Of a stretch of 64,000 nucleotides of DNA, positions 49,402 to 60,640 are shown piece by piece (the first letter of the stretch is position 1; each line of letters starts with the position of its first letter). This DNA is from Candidatus Heimdallarchaeota archaeon. GTDB lineage: Archaea > Asgardarchaeota > Heimdallarchaeia > Hodarchaeales > Hodarchaeaceae. The translations under genes were made by a program, and so were the position numbers. Where the stretch lies: assembly GCA_011364965.1 (NCBI GenBank), contig RDOB01000002.1, positions 160,001 to 224,000 of the forward strand. The letters are read 5' to 3'. The notes below the pieces were generated by a model, which was given only the letters and a program-made list of their open reading frames with translations, did not search any database and was not told the origin of the DNA.

Positions 49402-51255
49402 TTATTTAAATAGTTGATCTATATGATTGATCAATTTAACTTCCAAAGAGATATTAGCTTCTCTTGGGTCTCCATTTAAAAGGAAAATAATTTTTTCTCC
49501 ACTTTCAGGATTTGATTGTAATAGAAATGAACAGATTTCTGCATCTGTTGGATTTTCTGCAAAAAAAATCAATTTTCTTTTTCTGCGTATTAATCCCCTC
49601 TCTGCGATGAGATCAGGTTCAGCTCCACGTCTATTTGTATTGGTGAAATTTAACTGCACGGTCCATCCCGCTCGTTGAAGATATCTAATTGTTAATGTTC
49701 TAGTATTCTCTTCAGATCTTACTCGAGATTGTACTTCAGTTTGGAAGCTAGTAATATCTTCCTCTGATTCCTCTATTGATGGAGGTTCTAGTTCTCTCTC
49801 AAAAAATGTCGATTCAGACACTGAAACTTCTACAGGACTTTGATGTGCTCTAAATAATCGCTCTAGTGCCTGAGTTCGTTCATCTAGAGACTCATTTTGA
49901 GAGGAGGGACTAGGAATAAGAGAAGGCTTATCAATTTGCAATGATTCTTGTTCAAAGGTTTCCAGTTCTTCCTCAATTTGCTGAGACGTGAAGAGTGCTT
50001 CTAATGTTTCAATAGTAGGGGGTTTCAATTGTTCAGAAAAATCAACTGCTCCTTCAGTTTGCGTGGATTGAAGGTTGGTAATTGTACTTCTAAGATTAAT
50101 TCTTTCTTGTTCTGAATTTCCTGTACCTTGAAGTAAATCTTCAACAGGTAAATGTAAAGCGCTACGGGTAAATTTTAAATCTGAATAGAGTCTTCCCCGT
50201 TTATTAGATATATCTAATAATTTGTTTATTTCCAGAACTTTTTCTCTTAGTGTTTTATCCAGCGAGTCAATTTTTTCCTTTGGGATTTGCCTTAAAAAAT
50301 ATTCAGCTTCGTTGTATCTATCAGATTCAAGGGAATGTATGGTTAATAACAATAGAGCTTTAATTACATATTCTTCAGTTTCAGAAGAAAGAGGAAAAAG
50401 GCTGATTTCCTTGAGAATTTTATTTTTTTGCCAATTCTCATCCAATTTTCCATAAAGTGTTGCTTGATGATAAAGTGATTGAATTGTTCCCAATTGATTG
50501 GTTGAGATCTTGAATTTAGTATAGGATATTTTCAAATATTCTAATGCCTGAATTGAGTATCCGATTTCTTCGAATTCGCAATAGATTTCAAATGCAATTA
50601 ATCCTTGCATATCTGCAATTTTCTGTAAATCTTTTGCCTGATTCAAGTACTTTGCTTTATCATATGCGATTTCTAAGACATTTAATGCCTCATCCTTTAG
50701 ACCCTCTTCATAAAAGAAGAATGCAGAATTACGATAGAGATCAAGAGAAGTTTTCGAATTTTCTTCCAAATCTGCTGCAATCCGGTATAGCTTAGCTGCT
50801 GATTGATGATTATTAATTTTAGTATATGAAAATGCCAAATTCCTTGATACAATAGAGATTGCTTGTAAGTCAGGGTTCTTTTCTTGCTTTCTAGTAAGCT
50901 TTAATGCAGTTTTAAGAATAATAACCGAATGTTCAAACAATTCTAAATTTTGAAACTCAATACCCACTCCAAGGAGCACAGATGCATAAAGTAAGGGTTT
51001 TTGTGGTTTCTCAGAGAAAAATGAAGTAGCTGAAGAAATAATTTCAAGCGATTTGTTCGATTGCTTATCAGCCCCATAAGCTAATGCAAGATATGAATAA
51101 ACAATGCCTAAAAGGCTTGATAGAGTGGGAGTTTGCTTCGATGCTATTGTAATGGCCTTTTCAAATGACGTTATAGCAAGGTTAAAGTTACCCTTTGTAA
51201 GGGCTTGTTTTCCAAGCTTTATTCTTTTACTAAGTTCTTCTCTAAGCTCCGACAT
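49402..51255 (-). CDS. TPR/SNAP-like solenoid, acidic linker and degenerate restriction-endonuclease-fold (Mrr-like) C-terminal domain
   Basis: TPR helices; E/S/P-rich linker; YLQRAGWTV...PDLIAERG with no E-x-K. Confidence 0.75.
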   Translation of the reverse strand: MSELREELSKRIKLGKQALTKGNFNLAITSFEKAITIASKQTPTLSSLLGIVYSYLALAYGADKQSNKSLEIISSATSFFSEKPQKPLLYASVLLGVGIEFQNLELFEHSVIILKTALKLTRKQEKNPDLQAISIVSRNLAFSYTKINNHQSAAKLYRIAADLEENSKTSLDLYRNSAFFFYEEGLKDEALNVLEIAYDKAKYLNQAKDLQKIADMQGLIAFEIYCEFEEIGYSIQALEYLKISYTKFKISTNQLGTIQSLYHQATLYGKLDENWQKNKILKEISLFPLSSETEEYVIKALLLLTIHSLESDRYNEAEYFLRQIPKEKIDSLDKTLREKVLEINKLLDISNKRGRLYSDLKFTRSALHLPVEDLLQGTGNSEQERINLRSTITNLQSTQTEGAVDFSEQLKPPTIETLEALFTSQQIEEELETFEQESLQIDKPSLIPSPSSQNESLDERTQALERLFRAHQSPVEVSVSESTFFERELEPPSIEESEEDITSFQTEVQSRVRSEENTRTLTIRYLQRAGWTVQLNFTNTNRRGAEPDLIAERGLIRRKRKLIFFAENPTDAEICSFLLQSNPESGEKIIFLLNGDPREANISLEVKLINHIDQLFK

Positions 51256-51448
51256 GCAATCAAGATGTGCTAGGTTGAAGATAATCTTAAAACTTTCGTT
51301 TTGTCTTTAGCACAAAGAGCAACCTTAAAAAAAGTAATTTTAGATCCCCCAAATAGACCTTTCTAAAGCATTCTATCGTTGAATGCTCCTCAAAGGAGAG
51401 ATCATCAACAGAGTTCATGTATGAAATACCATCCAACGTCAGATCACG

Positions 51449-54346
51449 GTGAAACTAATGAAAATATCACGATATATTATTCCATTGTCATTTGTTTTTC
51501 TATTTATATTAAATGCGTATGCTTTGTCCTTTGATTTCACTTCCATAAAACAGGAAGTTACTGATGGCACATCCAGAGACAAAAGAAATGTAGGGTATGA
51601 AAATCTCCCCGTTTCTAGCCCAAGTACTCTCCAAATCGGCTCTACAATTACAGTAGGACGGACTACTCTTACAACAGATGAAGATACATACTCACCTGGT
51701 GACTGGGTAACAATTTCTGCTGAAAGTAGCACTGATGATATGAATGGATCTTTAGAATGGCGCCTAGAATCTCCAATTGAAGAAGTAGCATTTGATTTTT
51801 ACAGTGATTACCAAGATGTGTTTTCTGATCCTTCTTTCGATGGTCCTGGATTACCATCTGATTGGACAAATATTGATTTTGATTTTGCTAATGTAATGAA
51901 TGGTTATCTTAATCTTACAGAGGAAGCTGATGCAGATACTAATAATGATGAAATTTATTTCTACAATCCTTTAGCTTTTGTATATGGAAATAAATATGTT
52001 ATTTCATTTGATCACTATTCTTATGGAGAAAATCTTCTGATAAACCCAGGATTTGAGACAGGTGATAGTACAGGTTGGGAAGTAAATTCATCTTATGTAA
52101 TAATAGTCAATTCTCCTGAAAATGCGTCCGAGGGTGATTATTATGCTAATGTGAATGGAACTAGAGGGTACTTAATTACTCAAAATGTTACTGGTTGGAC
52201 TGGAGGTCGTGAGGCTATCTTTTCTGCTCGTGCCACAGGAACTACTGCTGCTAATTATTGGAGTTTAAGATTAGAAGCCTATAACTCCACAGGGGGATTC
52301 CTAGGGGCTAAAGATACTTCAACTGATTCTCAAGGTGACATTCCTGATGAAAAGGGATATACTTTCAATCGTATTCTACGATGGGTTACACCAATAAACA
52401 CCTCATACCTACGAGCAATGTTTAGAGGTAGAGATGGAGGTAGTAACTCAGATGGGCTTTATACTGGCTGGGTTGATGATTTATTTCTAAGTGAATCACC
52501 TGCTCCTTTATTATTCTCTTATTATGGAGTTGGTGGTGAATGGAAAACAAAACGTTTACTAGGGGGAACAAATGAATGGGAACACACAACTAGAGACACC
52601 TTTTTAATAGAACTAGCCAGTACTGCTCCAACGGACTCTAAAACAATAAAATTTTTACTTGATGACACTAGTGATGCAATAAATAAGACAACTTCTTATT
52701 GGCTGATAGATAATGTAACGATCAATTTTGTTACTAAACCAGAAGTAAAAACAGGTATTAGTGAAGTTCAAAATACTGGATTCATCAATTCTACATGGTT
52801 TCACAGAGGATATCAAGAGGAATTGAAGAGTACTTATAAGATAAAGCAAGAAACTCCCGAAAACGTGAGTACAATAGCTGACTGTAGTGCAACGATAAAG
52901 ATACTACTCCCACAACATCAAATTTATTTTGGACCTTGGATATTTATCTTGAAAATTCACCGTATAGACTCTGCATCTGACCCCCTTGATGTTATAAACG
53001 TGAATATTTCCTTTGTGGTCGATAATCCTATGAATTATGTTATTCAAGACATTTATTTACTACGTGGGTCTACTAATATTAGCTCAGGAGATGATTATGT
53101 TTTCAAGGAGTATTTTGAACCAGAACTTGGGATTGAGGCAATTTCCCCTGGTGATAACGTTACACTTCTTGGATATTTGGAAGCGAATAGCACACAAGGT
53201 GAATGGTATGATTTTGAATTCTTACAGGTTTCAGAAACAAAGGTTGAATTTTTCTGGTATAGTTCATGGTCTACAAAGGAAAACATAACATGGTCACAAT
53301 TCGGATTTATCCCTTATCAAAAAGATGGAATTACGCTTCTAGATGGTAATTTTAGTTCCCCAACAAACAATATTAGAACTATGGGTTTAAATTTCCATAT
53401 ACCAAATAGAGGTATTTTTGGAGATATTGTTGCAAACTTAACTCTCTCTATCCGTGCAACTAATGCTAAACCTGGAGGAGTAGGTGGAGGTGTTCATAAA
53501 ATCATCATTCCTTTGAATCTCCCTCCAGTCAAATTTAATATTGTTGTTGAAGAAGAAAATTTACCAGGTACGAGTTATTATCTAACTGATTATATATCCG
53601 GCAATATTACATTAAATTTGCTTAATTACAATAGTGATCTGCCCACTGAATATCCTGGTAGAAATATAACTTCCAATCTCACAATTCCAATGACTGATCT
53701 TGATTTCGTTGTTTATTTAGACCTCGTTGGTGGAGAAGTAGAAGTTTCTCAGGAATTTCATTATAATATTATAGGGAAATCAATTTTATGGTTGGAAGCA
53801 GTAAATCCACATTTATTAGCTGGGAATTATTCATTTAAAATTCGATGGGGTACTGCTTATGAATATAATGATACTAATCGCAATTATCTGGATATTAGCA
53901 CCCTCTATATTGCTATTCGAGGTACTTTAGCTGTTCATTCTTCTGATACAGTTGAGATAAAGCAAGGTGGAATGGGTACAATTCAATTCAATGTAACTCT
54001 CCTTGAAACAACCAAAAAGATCAGTGGATTAAATCTCTTGGCTGTAATTGAAGGACTTGAAGCTGAAGGTACCATAGTCATATATGAAAATGAAGGCTTG
54101 TACAATATAGATATATTAGTTCCCCCAGATGCTGAAGTGAGAGACGATTATGTAATAAATATTTTTGTAAAAGGACGGAGTGATACAATTGGAGAAGTCC
54201 AATTCTCTGTTATTGAATCCACAGATACTTTAACAACCCCGGTATCCCTGTTAGACTTAATTGTTACATTTGGAGGATTTATTTTCTTCATTACCACTGG
54301 AATTGGCGTTGTTGGGGTTTTATTTTGGTTTAATAAGAAATTCTAA
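51449..54346 (+). CDS. Large cell-surface glycoprotein with a CBM4/9-like jelly-roll and C-terminal TM anchor
   Basis: Signal peptide; NLLINPGFETGDSTGW; many N-x-S/T sequons; TM followed by NKKF. Confidence 0.85.
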   Translation: MKLMKISRYIIPLSFVFLFILNAYALSFDFTSIKQEVTDGTSRDKRNVGYENLPVSSPSTLQIGSTITVGRTTLTTDEDTYSPGDWVTISAESSTDDMNGSLEWRLESPIEEVAFDFYSDYQDVFSDPSFDGPGLPSDWTNIDFDFANVMNGYLNLTEEADADTNNDEIYFYNPLAFVYGNKYVISFDHYSYGENLLINPGFETGDSTGWEVNSSYVIIVNSPENASEGDYYANVNGTRGYLITQNVTGWTGGREAIFSARATGTTAANYWSLRLEAYNSTGGFLGAKDTSTDSQGDIPDEKGYTFNRILRWVTPINTSYLRAMFRGRDGGSNSDGLYTGWVDDLFLSESPAPLLFSYYGVGGEWKTKRLLGGTNEWEHTTRDTFLIELASTAPTDSKTIKFLLDDTSDAINKTTSYWLIDNVTINFVTKPEVKTGISEVQNTGFINSTWFHRGYQEELKSTYKIKQETPENVSTIADCSATIKILLPQHQIYFGPWIFILKIHRIDSASDPLDVINVNISFVVDNPMNYVIQDIYLLRGSTNISSGDDYVFKEYFEPELGIEAISPGDNVTLLGYLEANSTQGEWYDFEFLQVSETKVEFFWYSSWSTKENITWSQFGFIPYQKDGITLLDGNFSSPTNNIRTMGLNFHIPNRGIFGDIVANLTLSIRATNAKPGGVGGGVHKIIIPLNLPPVKFNIVVEEENLPGTSYYLTDYISGNITLNLLNYNSDLPTEYPGRNITSNLTIPMTDLDFVVYLDLVGGEVEVSQEFHYNIIGKSILWLEAVNPHLLAGNYSFKIRWGTAYEYNDTNRNYLDISTLYIAIRGTLAVHSSDTVEIKQGGMGTIQFNVTLLETTKKISGLNLLAVIEGLEAEGTIVIYENEGLYNIDILVPPDAEVRDDYVINIFVKGRSDTIGEVQFSVIESTDTLTTPVSLLDLIVTFGGFIFFITTGIGVVGVLFWFNKKF

Positions 54347-54398
54347 TAATATTTACTTAGATTTCTTTAATTTCCCTCTTTTTTTAAAAAAATTTTGA

Positions 54399-55445
54399 TT
54401 AACAAATTTCTGTGTACAAATTGGCCAATGATTCAACTGCTTTTCTAATATCATGCGTTTTAAGGCTCGATTCCCCATGTTGCTGTAGTTTCTGGTAAAG
54501 TGATTTGTCAGATGCAAGCCGTCGAATGTTCTCTGTAAATTCATCAACTGTACGACTTTTGAGACAATCCTTTTCGTGCGTTAACCAGTTGAATACAGGA
54601 TGATCTGATATTACTGGTACATTTCCATAGGCAATCCCCTCTAGCAGTGCAATTCCCTGATTTTCTTCTCGTGTTACATAAAGGAAAATATCTGCTGCGT
54701 TCCAAAGAGCTTCGATCGTTCTTCTTGAAACATATCCCGTAAAGCGTATATTGTGAGTGTTACGAGCTATAAGGAACTTCTTTCGCAAATATGGGGAATG
54801 AGCTATAGTTCCTAATGGGAAATATTTTCCTATCCATAAGAAAACATGTTCAGGGGTATTCAATGCAACATTAGTAAAGATATCTGGGGCTTTGCGATAG
54901 ATACAGATGCCAACTGTAATAATGAGAAGTTGATCCTTTTCAATTCCAAGGAATTCCTTTGCTTTTTGCCCTAGTAATGGATTTTTTCGATTTTTAGTAA
55001 GATCGATACCATTAGATATTACACGAATTCTAGCAGGATTATATCCATACTTCAGTAAAATTTGCTTATTATATTCACTTACTGCAATGAGATGGTCAGC
55101 ATAAGAATAATATTTTGTTAGATATGGAATTAAAGCAAAATCAATTCGATTAGATAAGAGAAAGCTATTTCTAAAGTCTTCGATTGTTGTATGTCCAGTC
55201 ATTACTATCTGGTGCTTTTTACGATGCTGGTTTGAGAGTAATTTAGCTTTAAACAATGATTGAGGAAACGCTGTTTGAAAATGATAAATATCATAAGGAT
55301 AATTCTTACCATTGATGTCAGTTTCAATCCCCAATTCCTTCAATTGATTTGCTAATCGAGTAGCAGAGCTGTAAATACCACTACCTTCTAGTGCATTTTC
55401 CATATCTAGGATAAAATTAACTTTCAATTTCCGTCTATCCTTCAC
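54399..55445 (-). CDS. GT4 glycosyltransferase (diglycosyl-lipid synthase CpoA/LafB-like)
   Basis: GSGIYSS, HTTIEDFRNSF, ISNGID, RK, EENQGIALLEG. Confidence 0.85.
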   Translation of the reverse strand: MKDRRKLKVNFILDMENALEGSGIYSSATRLANQLKELGIETDINGKNYPYDIYHFQTAFPQSLFKAKLLSNQHRKKHQIVMTGHTTIEDFRNSFLLSNRIDFALIPYLTKYYSYADHLIAVSEYNKQILLKYGYNPARIRVISNGIDLTKNRKNPLLGQKAKEFLGIEKDQLLIITVGICIYRKAPDIFTNVALNTPEHVFLWIGKYFPLGTIAHSPYLRKKFLIARNTHNIRFTGYVSRRTIEALWNAADIFLYVTREENQGIALLEGIAYGNVPVISDHPVFNWLTHEKDCLKSRTVDEFTENIRRLASDKSLYQKLQQHGESSLKTHDIRKAVESLANLYTEIC

Positions 55446-55652
55446 TCATACGCTCTATTACATATTTTTTCTATCTTCTTGGAGATGATCCTAATCGATA
55501 TGAATAAACTTTTTCTATAAAGAAAGATTTTTGAAGGGAAAATTAAGTAGATATCATTAAAGTTCAGTTGAAGCATTCAGATTAAGTCTTAGCAAATTAT
55601 TTTCTCATAAACTTAACAAAAATATATTTTTTGTGATTAGGATAATATCACG

Positions 55653-56177
55653 ATGTTAGATAATCCTTCCGTTGCTCTTTCCATTGATCCGTTGATCTCT
55701 TTAAGAAAAGCAGAGAAATCGGATTTAAAATTCATCAATGAAGTTCAGTACGCGGAAATGAATGACATATTAATGAGTGCTTGGGGAAGTCAGTTTAATT
55801 GGAAGAGTTGGTTTGAGGATGTTGAAGAAGCAAGTTCAGGAAACATCCACAAAGTATATCTAATTTACTTTAAAGAAATCGCTGTTGGATATATATGGCT
55901 TAATGAGGAATTGAATTCGATTTGGCTAACTGCCATTGTTATTAACTCAAAATGGCAAAGGAAGGGAATTGGGACAAAAGTTATCCACTTTTTGATTAAT
56001 GAAGCCAAAAGCGAAAATAAAAAGTATATAGAGTTAGGTGTTCAGCGAAATAATCTTAAGGCAAAGGAATTTTATTCAAAACTTGGATTCAATGAATTCG
56101 ATTATATTCAAACAGCAAATACTGACTTACTACGGTTGAATCTGAGTAATAGGGTTGATCCAGCATATATTGTATAA
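55653..56177 (+). CDS. GNAT N-acetyltransferase
   Basis: QRKGIG, NLKAKEFYSKLGF. Confidence 0.9.
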   Translation: MLDNPSVALSIDPLISLRKAEKSDLKFINEVQYAEMNDILMSAWGSQFNWKSWFEDVEEASSGNIHKVYLIYFKEIAVGYIWLNEELNSIWLTAIVINSKWQRKGIGTKVIHFLINEAKSENKKYIELGVQRNNLKAKEFYSKLGFNEFDYIQTANTDLLRLNLSNRVDPAYIV

Positions 56178-56353
56178 TTTTAATACCTAACTTGGTTCTT
56201 TATAAGATATTAGAAATTATTTTTGGTGATAAAAGTTTTGTAGATTTAAAATTTAAAAGTTGATCATAACCAAGACATATAAATAGAAATTTTAATTCTT
56301 CTCACCAAATGATATTTTTCAATCTATTTAATTACATAAAAGGGTGTTAATAG

Positions 56354-56689
56354 ATGAGTCAACGTCCTCAGTCAATTAATATTAAGAAAAGTGAAGATTT
56401 TCGACAATTATACTGCATCGGCGCTTCAGGGGGATTCACTCCATTTGATTTTCGGATTAGCTTCTACAACGATTCTGCCTCCATTGAGGAGGGCAAAATG
56501 AAAATTGAGAGAACAGCAAACGTGGAGATTATTTTATCTCCAGTTGCTGCAAAATCATTAGCACAGTGGCTTAATGTTCATGTACAGAACTTTGAAAAGC
56601 AATTTGGGCTTATAAATGTCCCTACACAACCTAAAAAATCTAGTAACGATAAAGAATTTCGTGAAGGTAGTGCTGCACTTTGGACTTAG
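56354..56689 (+). CDS. DUF3467-like small protein
   Basis: Y..G..GGFTPFDFRISF..IILSPVAAKSL..WL...V..FEKQFG.I. Confidence 0.8.
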   Translation: MSQRPQSINIKKSEDFRQLYCIGASGGFTPFDFRISFYNDSASIEEGKMKIERTANVEIILSPVAAKSLAQWLNVHVQNFEKQFGLINVPTQPKKSSNDKEFREGSAALWT

Positions 56690-56703
56690 AGCATTCCACT
56701 TCG

Positions 56704-57558
56704 TTAAGAATTTAAAATTAAAGGTATTCCAATAAAAGCAAAATCTTTCGCTAATTTCGCAATTTCTCGTTTAAGTCCAGAAATGTAGACCTCATTCTTC
56801 CATTTCTCAGGGAAAATATCGAATAGATTTGGCTGTATTTTACGTATCCCAGGTATAGTTTCTTGATAAATCCTATTGGTGGCTTCTAAGGATATTTCAT
56901 TAAATATTTTAGAGTAATTTGAAATTAATACTCTCATTGGTGCTGTTGGTGAGTCGAAATGCTCATAACTTTCAGTGGCTTTCTTTAAAAGAAGTAAAGG
57001 TTCTTTGAAAGGAAACACCAGCTGAGCAAGTATTATTCCTTTAGAAAAAGCTCTTCTTCTTTGTCCCACGATATCATCTTCAGCTCTTAAAGCGTGAAAT
57101 GGAAATTCATGTAAATAATCTCCCACTAGGAAGTTGTGTTGATCTGGAAAAACAAATGGTTCAGTATTGAAGTGATTGTCTAGCCACTTTTCTTCTGGGA
57201 TAACCAATGCTGTAATAAACCTATGATCCAAAGTAATTGATTTAGGAAATACAGAGAATTTAGTCGAATAAATCCCTGCTCCATATAATAAGATGTAAGA
57301 TATGCTGTCTCGAATTATACGTGAGAAGTCTACTGGAGTAAAAATTACACTCGAAGAATTAACCGAATGTATCTTCTGCTTCTTGTATGTCCATAAATAA
57401 GGATCTACTTTTTCCTTTTCGGTGAATGCAATCCAATTGGAAATTACAATGAGTGATTTCAACCCCCCAAGTGGATATCTGGACATTCTATGTGGTCCAC
57501 CTGGATTTTGTCTCATTTTATTATTATCTCCTGGGAATATTGAGAAGTAGCTTATCAA
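56704..57558 (-). CDS. Hypothetical protein
   Basis: Long ORF with normal composition. The start is probably a downstream ATG. Confidence 0.7.
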   Translation of the reverse strand: MISYFSIFPGDNNKMRQNPGGPHRMSRYPLGGLKSLIVISNWIAFTEKEKVDPYLWTYKKQKIHSVNSSSVIFTPVDFSRIIRDSISYILLYGAGIYSTKFSVFPKSITLDHRFITALVIPEEKWLDNHFNTEPFVFPDQHNFLVGDYLHEFPFHALRAEDDIVGQRRRAFSKGIILAQLVFPFKEPLLLLKKATESYEHFDSPTAPMRVLISNYSKIFNEISLEATNRIYQETIPGIRKIQPNLFDIFPEKWKNEVYISGLKREIAKLAKDFAFIGIPLILNS

Positions 57559-57780
57559 TTAGAATAGTAAGTGTTGATTTAATAATCTTGCACAATTGTT
57601 GGATTGATGGATTCATATTATGTTTAAATATTTACTCTAATTACACGAAAAAAAGTAAAAAGGGTAGAAAATGAGAGAAAAAATAAATTGATTAGATTTT
57701 ACAGACTAATTATATGTAGTTTTGGAAATTACTTGCCATAAAGCAGTATTAATCTATTTTTCTATTCAATTTTCCCATTT

Positions 57781-58218
57781 TCAAACTCCAGCACTTATTA
57801 ATGTAGTACCAGGAAACAGATAACCGATTATTGCATTGAAAAGGTAAATCAAGAAGATTGTTATAACCCCAATCCAAATAGAGGAATTCAAATTGTTTCT
57901 CTCTGGAACAATAAGATAATCAATCAAATAAACAATTGCAAGGTAAACAAGAATAGGCACTAATCTAGCTGCAGCTTCATTTACAAATGGAATAGGACTC
58001 AGTACTCCAACAAGAGCTCCAATAACTAAAGCTACTAATATTACGATTATTGCTGCCACAACTAATAGAATAAGGACATAACTTGTATCCGTGTCTTTCT
58101 TTCCTGCAATCAATCTCGTGCCAATCCATAGAAAAATAGCAACAAGGATGATCGCAATAATTAACAATATGAGAGTAATTGGATCACTCAAATTTACATT
58201 TTGTTGTTGTATTGCCAT
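57781..58218 (-). CDS. 4-TM membrane protein
   Basis: Four hydrophobic helices; AGGTGA SD. Confidence 0.8.
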   Translation of the reverse strand: MAIQQQNVNLSDPITLILLIIAIILVAIFLWIGTRLIAGKKDTDTSYVLILLVVAAIIVILVALVIGALVGVLSPIPFVNEAAARLVPILVYLAIVYLIDYLIVPERNNLNSSIWIGVITIFLIYLFNAIIGYLFPGTTLISAGV

Positions 58219-58310
58219 AAATAATCACCTTTCAATGTAGGAAATATGATAAAATAAAAATCCTATCAATATTGTTTGTTGAGAGAAAAGATAGAAAAAT
58301 CGTCATACTG

Positions 58311-59516
58311 CTATCTACTTGCATTTATCTTAATAGTTATACTAAATGCTCTTTCTAGTTGTGTAGTAAATCCTTTTGTTGAGAATTTTTGAGCGATTTT
58401 TAATGCCGTTCTTCCAAATTGAGAGATCAAATCAGGATTATCCAAGAGAGTCTCTATAGCAGCTTTACAGGCCTTCCAATTGCCAGGTGGAAACAGTAAA
58501 CCATTTCTATTCTCATGAATATAATCAAGAACCCCTCCCCCAGCTGCACCAATAACTGGCAATCCTTGACTCATCGCTTCAATAACAGTCAATCCTTGAG
58601 TTTCAGTGTCACTTGGCGTCACCATAAATTCCCCCATTCGATAAAGATAAGGCAATTTAGTATGACTGAAAAAACCAGTGAAAGCAATGTTCCGTATATT
58701 TAACTGAGAAGCTTGTTTTTTATACATTTTGAGATGAGGTCCATCTCCTACGATCAAGAGGAAAGTTTTTGGGTATTTTTGCTCAATTTCCTTATATGCC
58801 TTTAGAAGGACTTCAAGCTTTTTCTCATAGGATATTCGACCACAATAAAGGAGAATCTTCCTGTCAGATTTTATTTCATATTTTTTCCTTATATTTTCTT
58901 GAAATGCTTTTTGTTCTTCCTTACTATGATCATTTCGAAAGAAAACGCTTGATATCATGTTTGGAAGTGAATAAACGGGAGGTTTTACTCCATGACAAGT
59001 TAACTCTCTTTGAAAAGTTTTAGATGGCGTGATAACTACATCAGAATATTTATAATACCAACGAATATATCCCCATATCATTTCTTGGATTCCAGATAAA
59101 CGTGCAAACTTCTCTCCTTGTATTCCTCCTACTAAATGACCTGAATAATCAACAAGATGAGTATGATATGTGTTGAGTAAAGGAATGTTATTGAGGACTC
59201 GAGACGCTAATACAGCAGCATAGCCAAGAGAAAACGGAGAATGACAATGAATAAAGTCAAATTGTTCTTTATGTAAAGCTTTCGTTAAGTAAAAACTTGG
59301 AAAAGCGATATTATAACCAGGATAAGGTGGAAAAGGGAAGCTTTTAAGCTCATAGATAGGAACTCCCTCAATTTTGAAGGGGATTGCTTGTTTTAATTTC
59401 GGAACAAAAATAGCAAATTCATGTTTATTACGAAGGCTTTGAATCTCATTAATAATTGAGATTACCACACCATTCAAATTTGGAACCCAAGAATCACTGA
59501 AGATACCGATTTTCAT
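58311..59516 (-). CDS. GT4 glycosyltransferase (monoglycosyl-lipid synthase MGS/LafA-like)
   Basis: MKIGIFSD..PNLNGV, HCHSPFSLG, TYHT, GRISYEK, ETQGLTVIEAM. Confidence 0.88.
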   Translation of the reverse strand: MKIGIFSDSWVPNLNGVVISIINEIQSLRNKHEFAIFVPKLKQAIPFKIEGVPIYELKSFPFPPYPGYNIAFPSFYLTKALHKEQFDFIHCHSPFSLGYAAVLASRVLNNIPLLNTYHTHLVDYSGHLVGGIQGEKFARLSGIQEMIWGYIRWYYKYSDVVITPSKTFQRELTCHGVKPPVYSLPNMISSVFFRNDHSKEEQKAFQENIRKKYEIKSDRKILLYCGRISYEKKLEVLLKAYKEIEQKYPKTFLLIVGDGPHLKMYKKQASQLNIRNIAFTGFFSHTKLPYLYRMGEFMVTPSDTETQGLTVIEAMSQGLPVIGAAGGGVLDYIHENRNGLLFPPGNWKACKAAIETLLDNPDLISQFGRTALKIAQKFSTKGFTTQLERAFSITIKINASR

Positions 59517-59728
59517 TTTTATTATCCTTTTTAACAAATAAGTTTCATGCGCAATTGATACCCAAGGTTTAAATCAGACTTTCATTCCAGAAATATTGAA
59601 TAGATGCGATTGTTGTAAAAGGTGTGAATAAATTTAATTTTTTTGGGGAGGAAAACGCTATAGAATTATTTTTTTTATTAATACAAAATCATTTCCACGC
59701 TAAAGTACTAAGGCTCCGTACATATTCT

Positions 59729-60640
59729 TCATGAGAGATTTATGTACTCTATTGAATCCCCCTTTCGGGAAATTTTTTGTAATTCTTTTAATAGTCGATC
59801 AGGAATATCAGATTGATCTGGAGTGCATGCAGCTGCCATCTTATGCCCTCCTCCTCCAAAGATTTGAGCTACAGACGCAACATCATATCTATCTGCATCT
59901 TGAACAGATTTACTTACTCGGAAACTCACTCTTACAGGTTCGTCAATGGATTTTGAATAAATAACTGCAACTACAAGGACTCCTCTTTCAAAAACAGGTT
60001 TGATAACTTCCTTGGCAAGTTTACTCGGGATGAAATTACGGGTATCTAGAATTAAAATTTGAGGTAACTGAGTCTGATTTCTTAAAAATGAATGAATTTT
60101 TGCCAATGTATCTGAAAATATTGAATTAGATTCCTTTGATTTTCTAATTAACCAATCAGATTCTAGAATATCTCGTCCCTCCTTAGCCAGAATTTCACTT
60201 AACTCTCTGAGAAATTCTTTATTATCACTATTTAGGTTAAGTACAATATCTAACTGCTTGTAATACTCAGGTAGATTGGCAGTATCAGCTAAATGGCCTA
60301 ATTCTTTAATTTCAGACGCGATAGTATCTTCTTGATCTGAGAATCCTAGTACATTATAAACTAGATCAGTTGCAGATGGAGCTGATGGATCAATAACATC
60401 CTTGGCTGATAAACGTCCAGTTATTATCAAATCCTCGTAGTTTGATTTGTGATGATCAATATTAATGGAATTATTTACTTTAGGGAGATCACAGGTATAA
60501 TCAGCGTCGAAATTTTCCTCTGATATCCTTCTTGCTTCATTAACTGTTGCAAAAATGATTTTAATTTGGGATCCATATTTTCTAATGAACAAAGCAGCGC
60601 AACATATTCCATCAAGGTCTGTATGCGTCACAATATTCAT
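59729..60640 (-). CDS. DHH/DHHA1 phosphoesterase (nanoRNase/NrnA-like)
   Basis: HTDLDG, IDHH, SFR, GGGGHKMAA. ATGA overlap with the upstream gene. Confidence 0.9.
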   Translation of the reverse strand: MNIVTHTDLDGICCAALFIRKYGSQIKIIFATVNEARRISEENFDADYTCDLPKVNNSINIDHHKSNYEDLIITGRLSAKDVIDPSAPSATDLVYNVLGFSDQEDTIASEIKELGHLADTANLPEYYKQLDIVLNLNSDNKEFLRELSEILAKEGRDILESDWLIRKSKESNSIFSDTLAKIHSFLRNQTQLPQILILDTRNFIPSKLAKEVIKPVFERGVLVVAVIYSKSIDEPVRVSFRVSKSVQDADRYDVASVAQIFGGGGHKMAAACTPDQSDIPDRLLKELQKISRKGDSIEYINLS

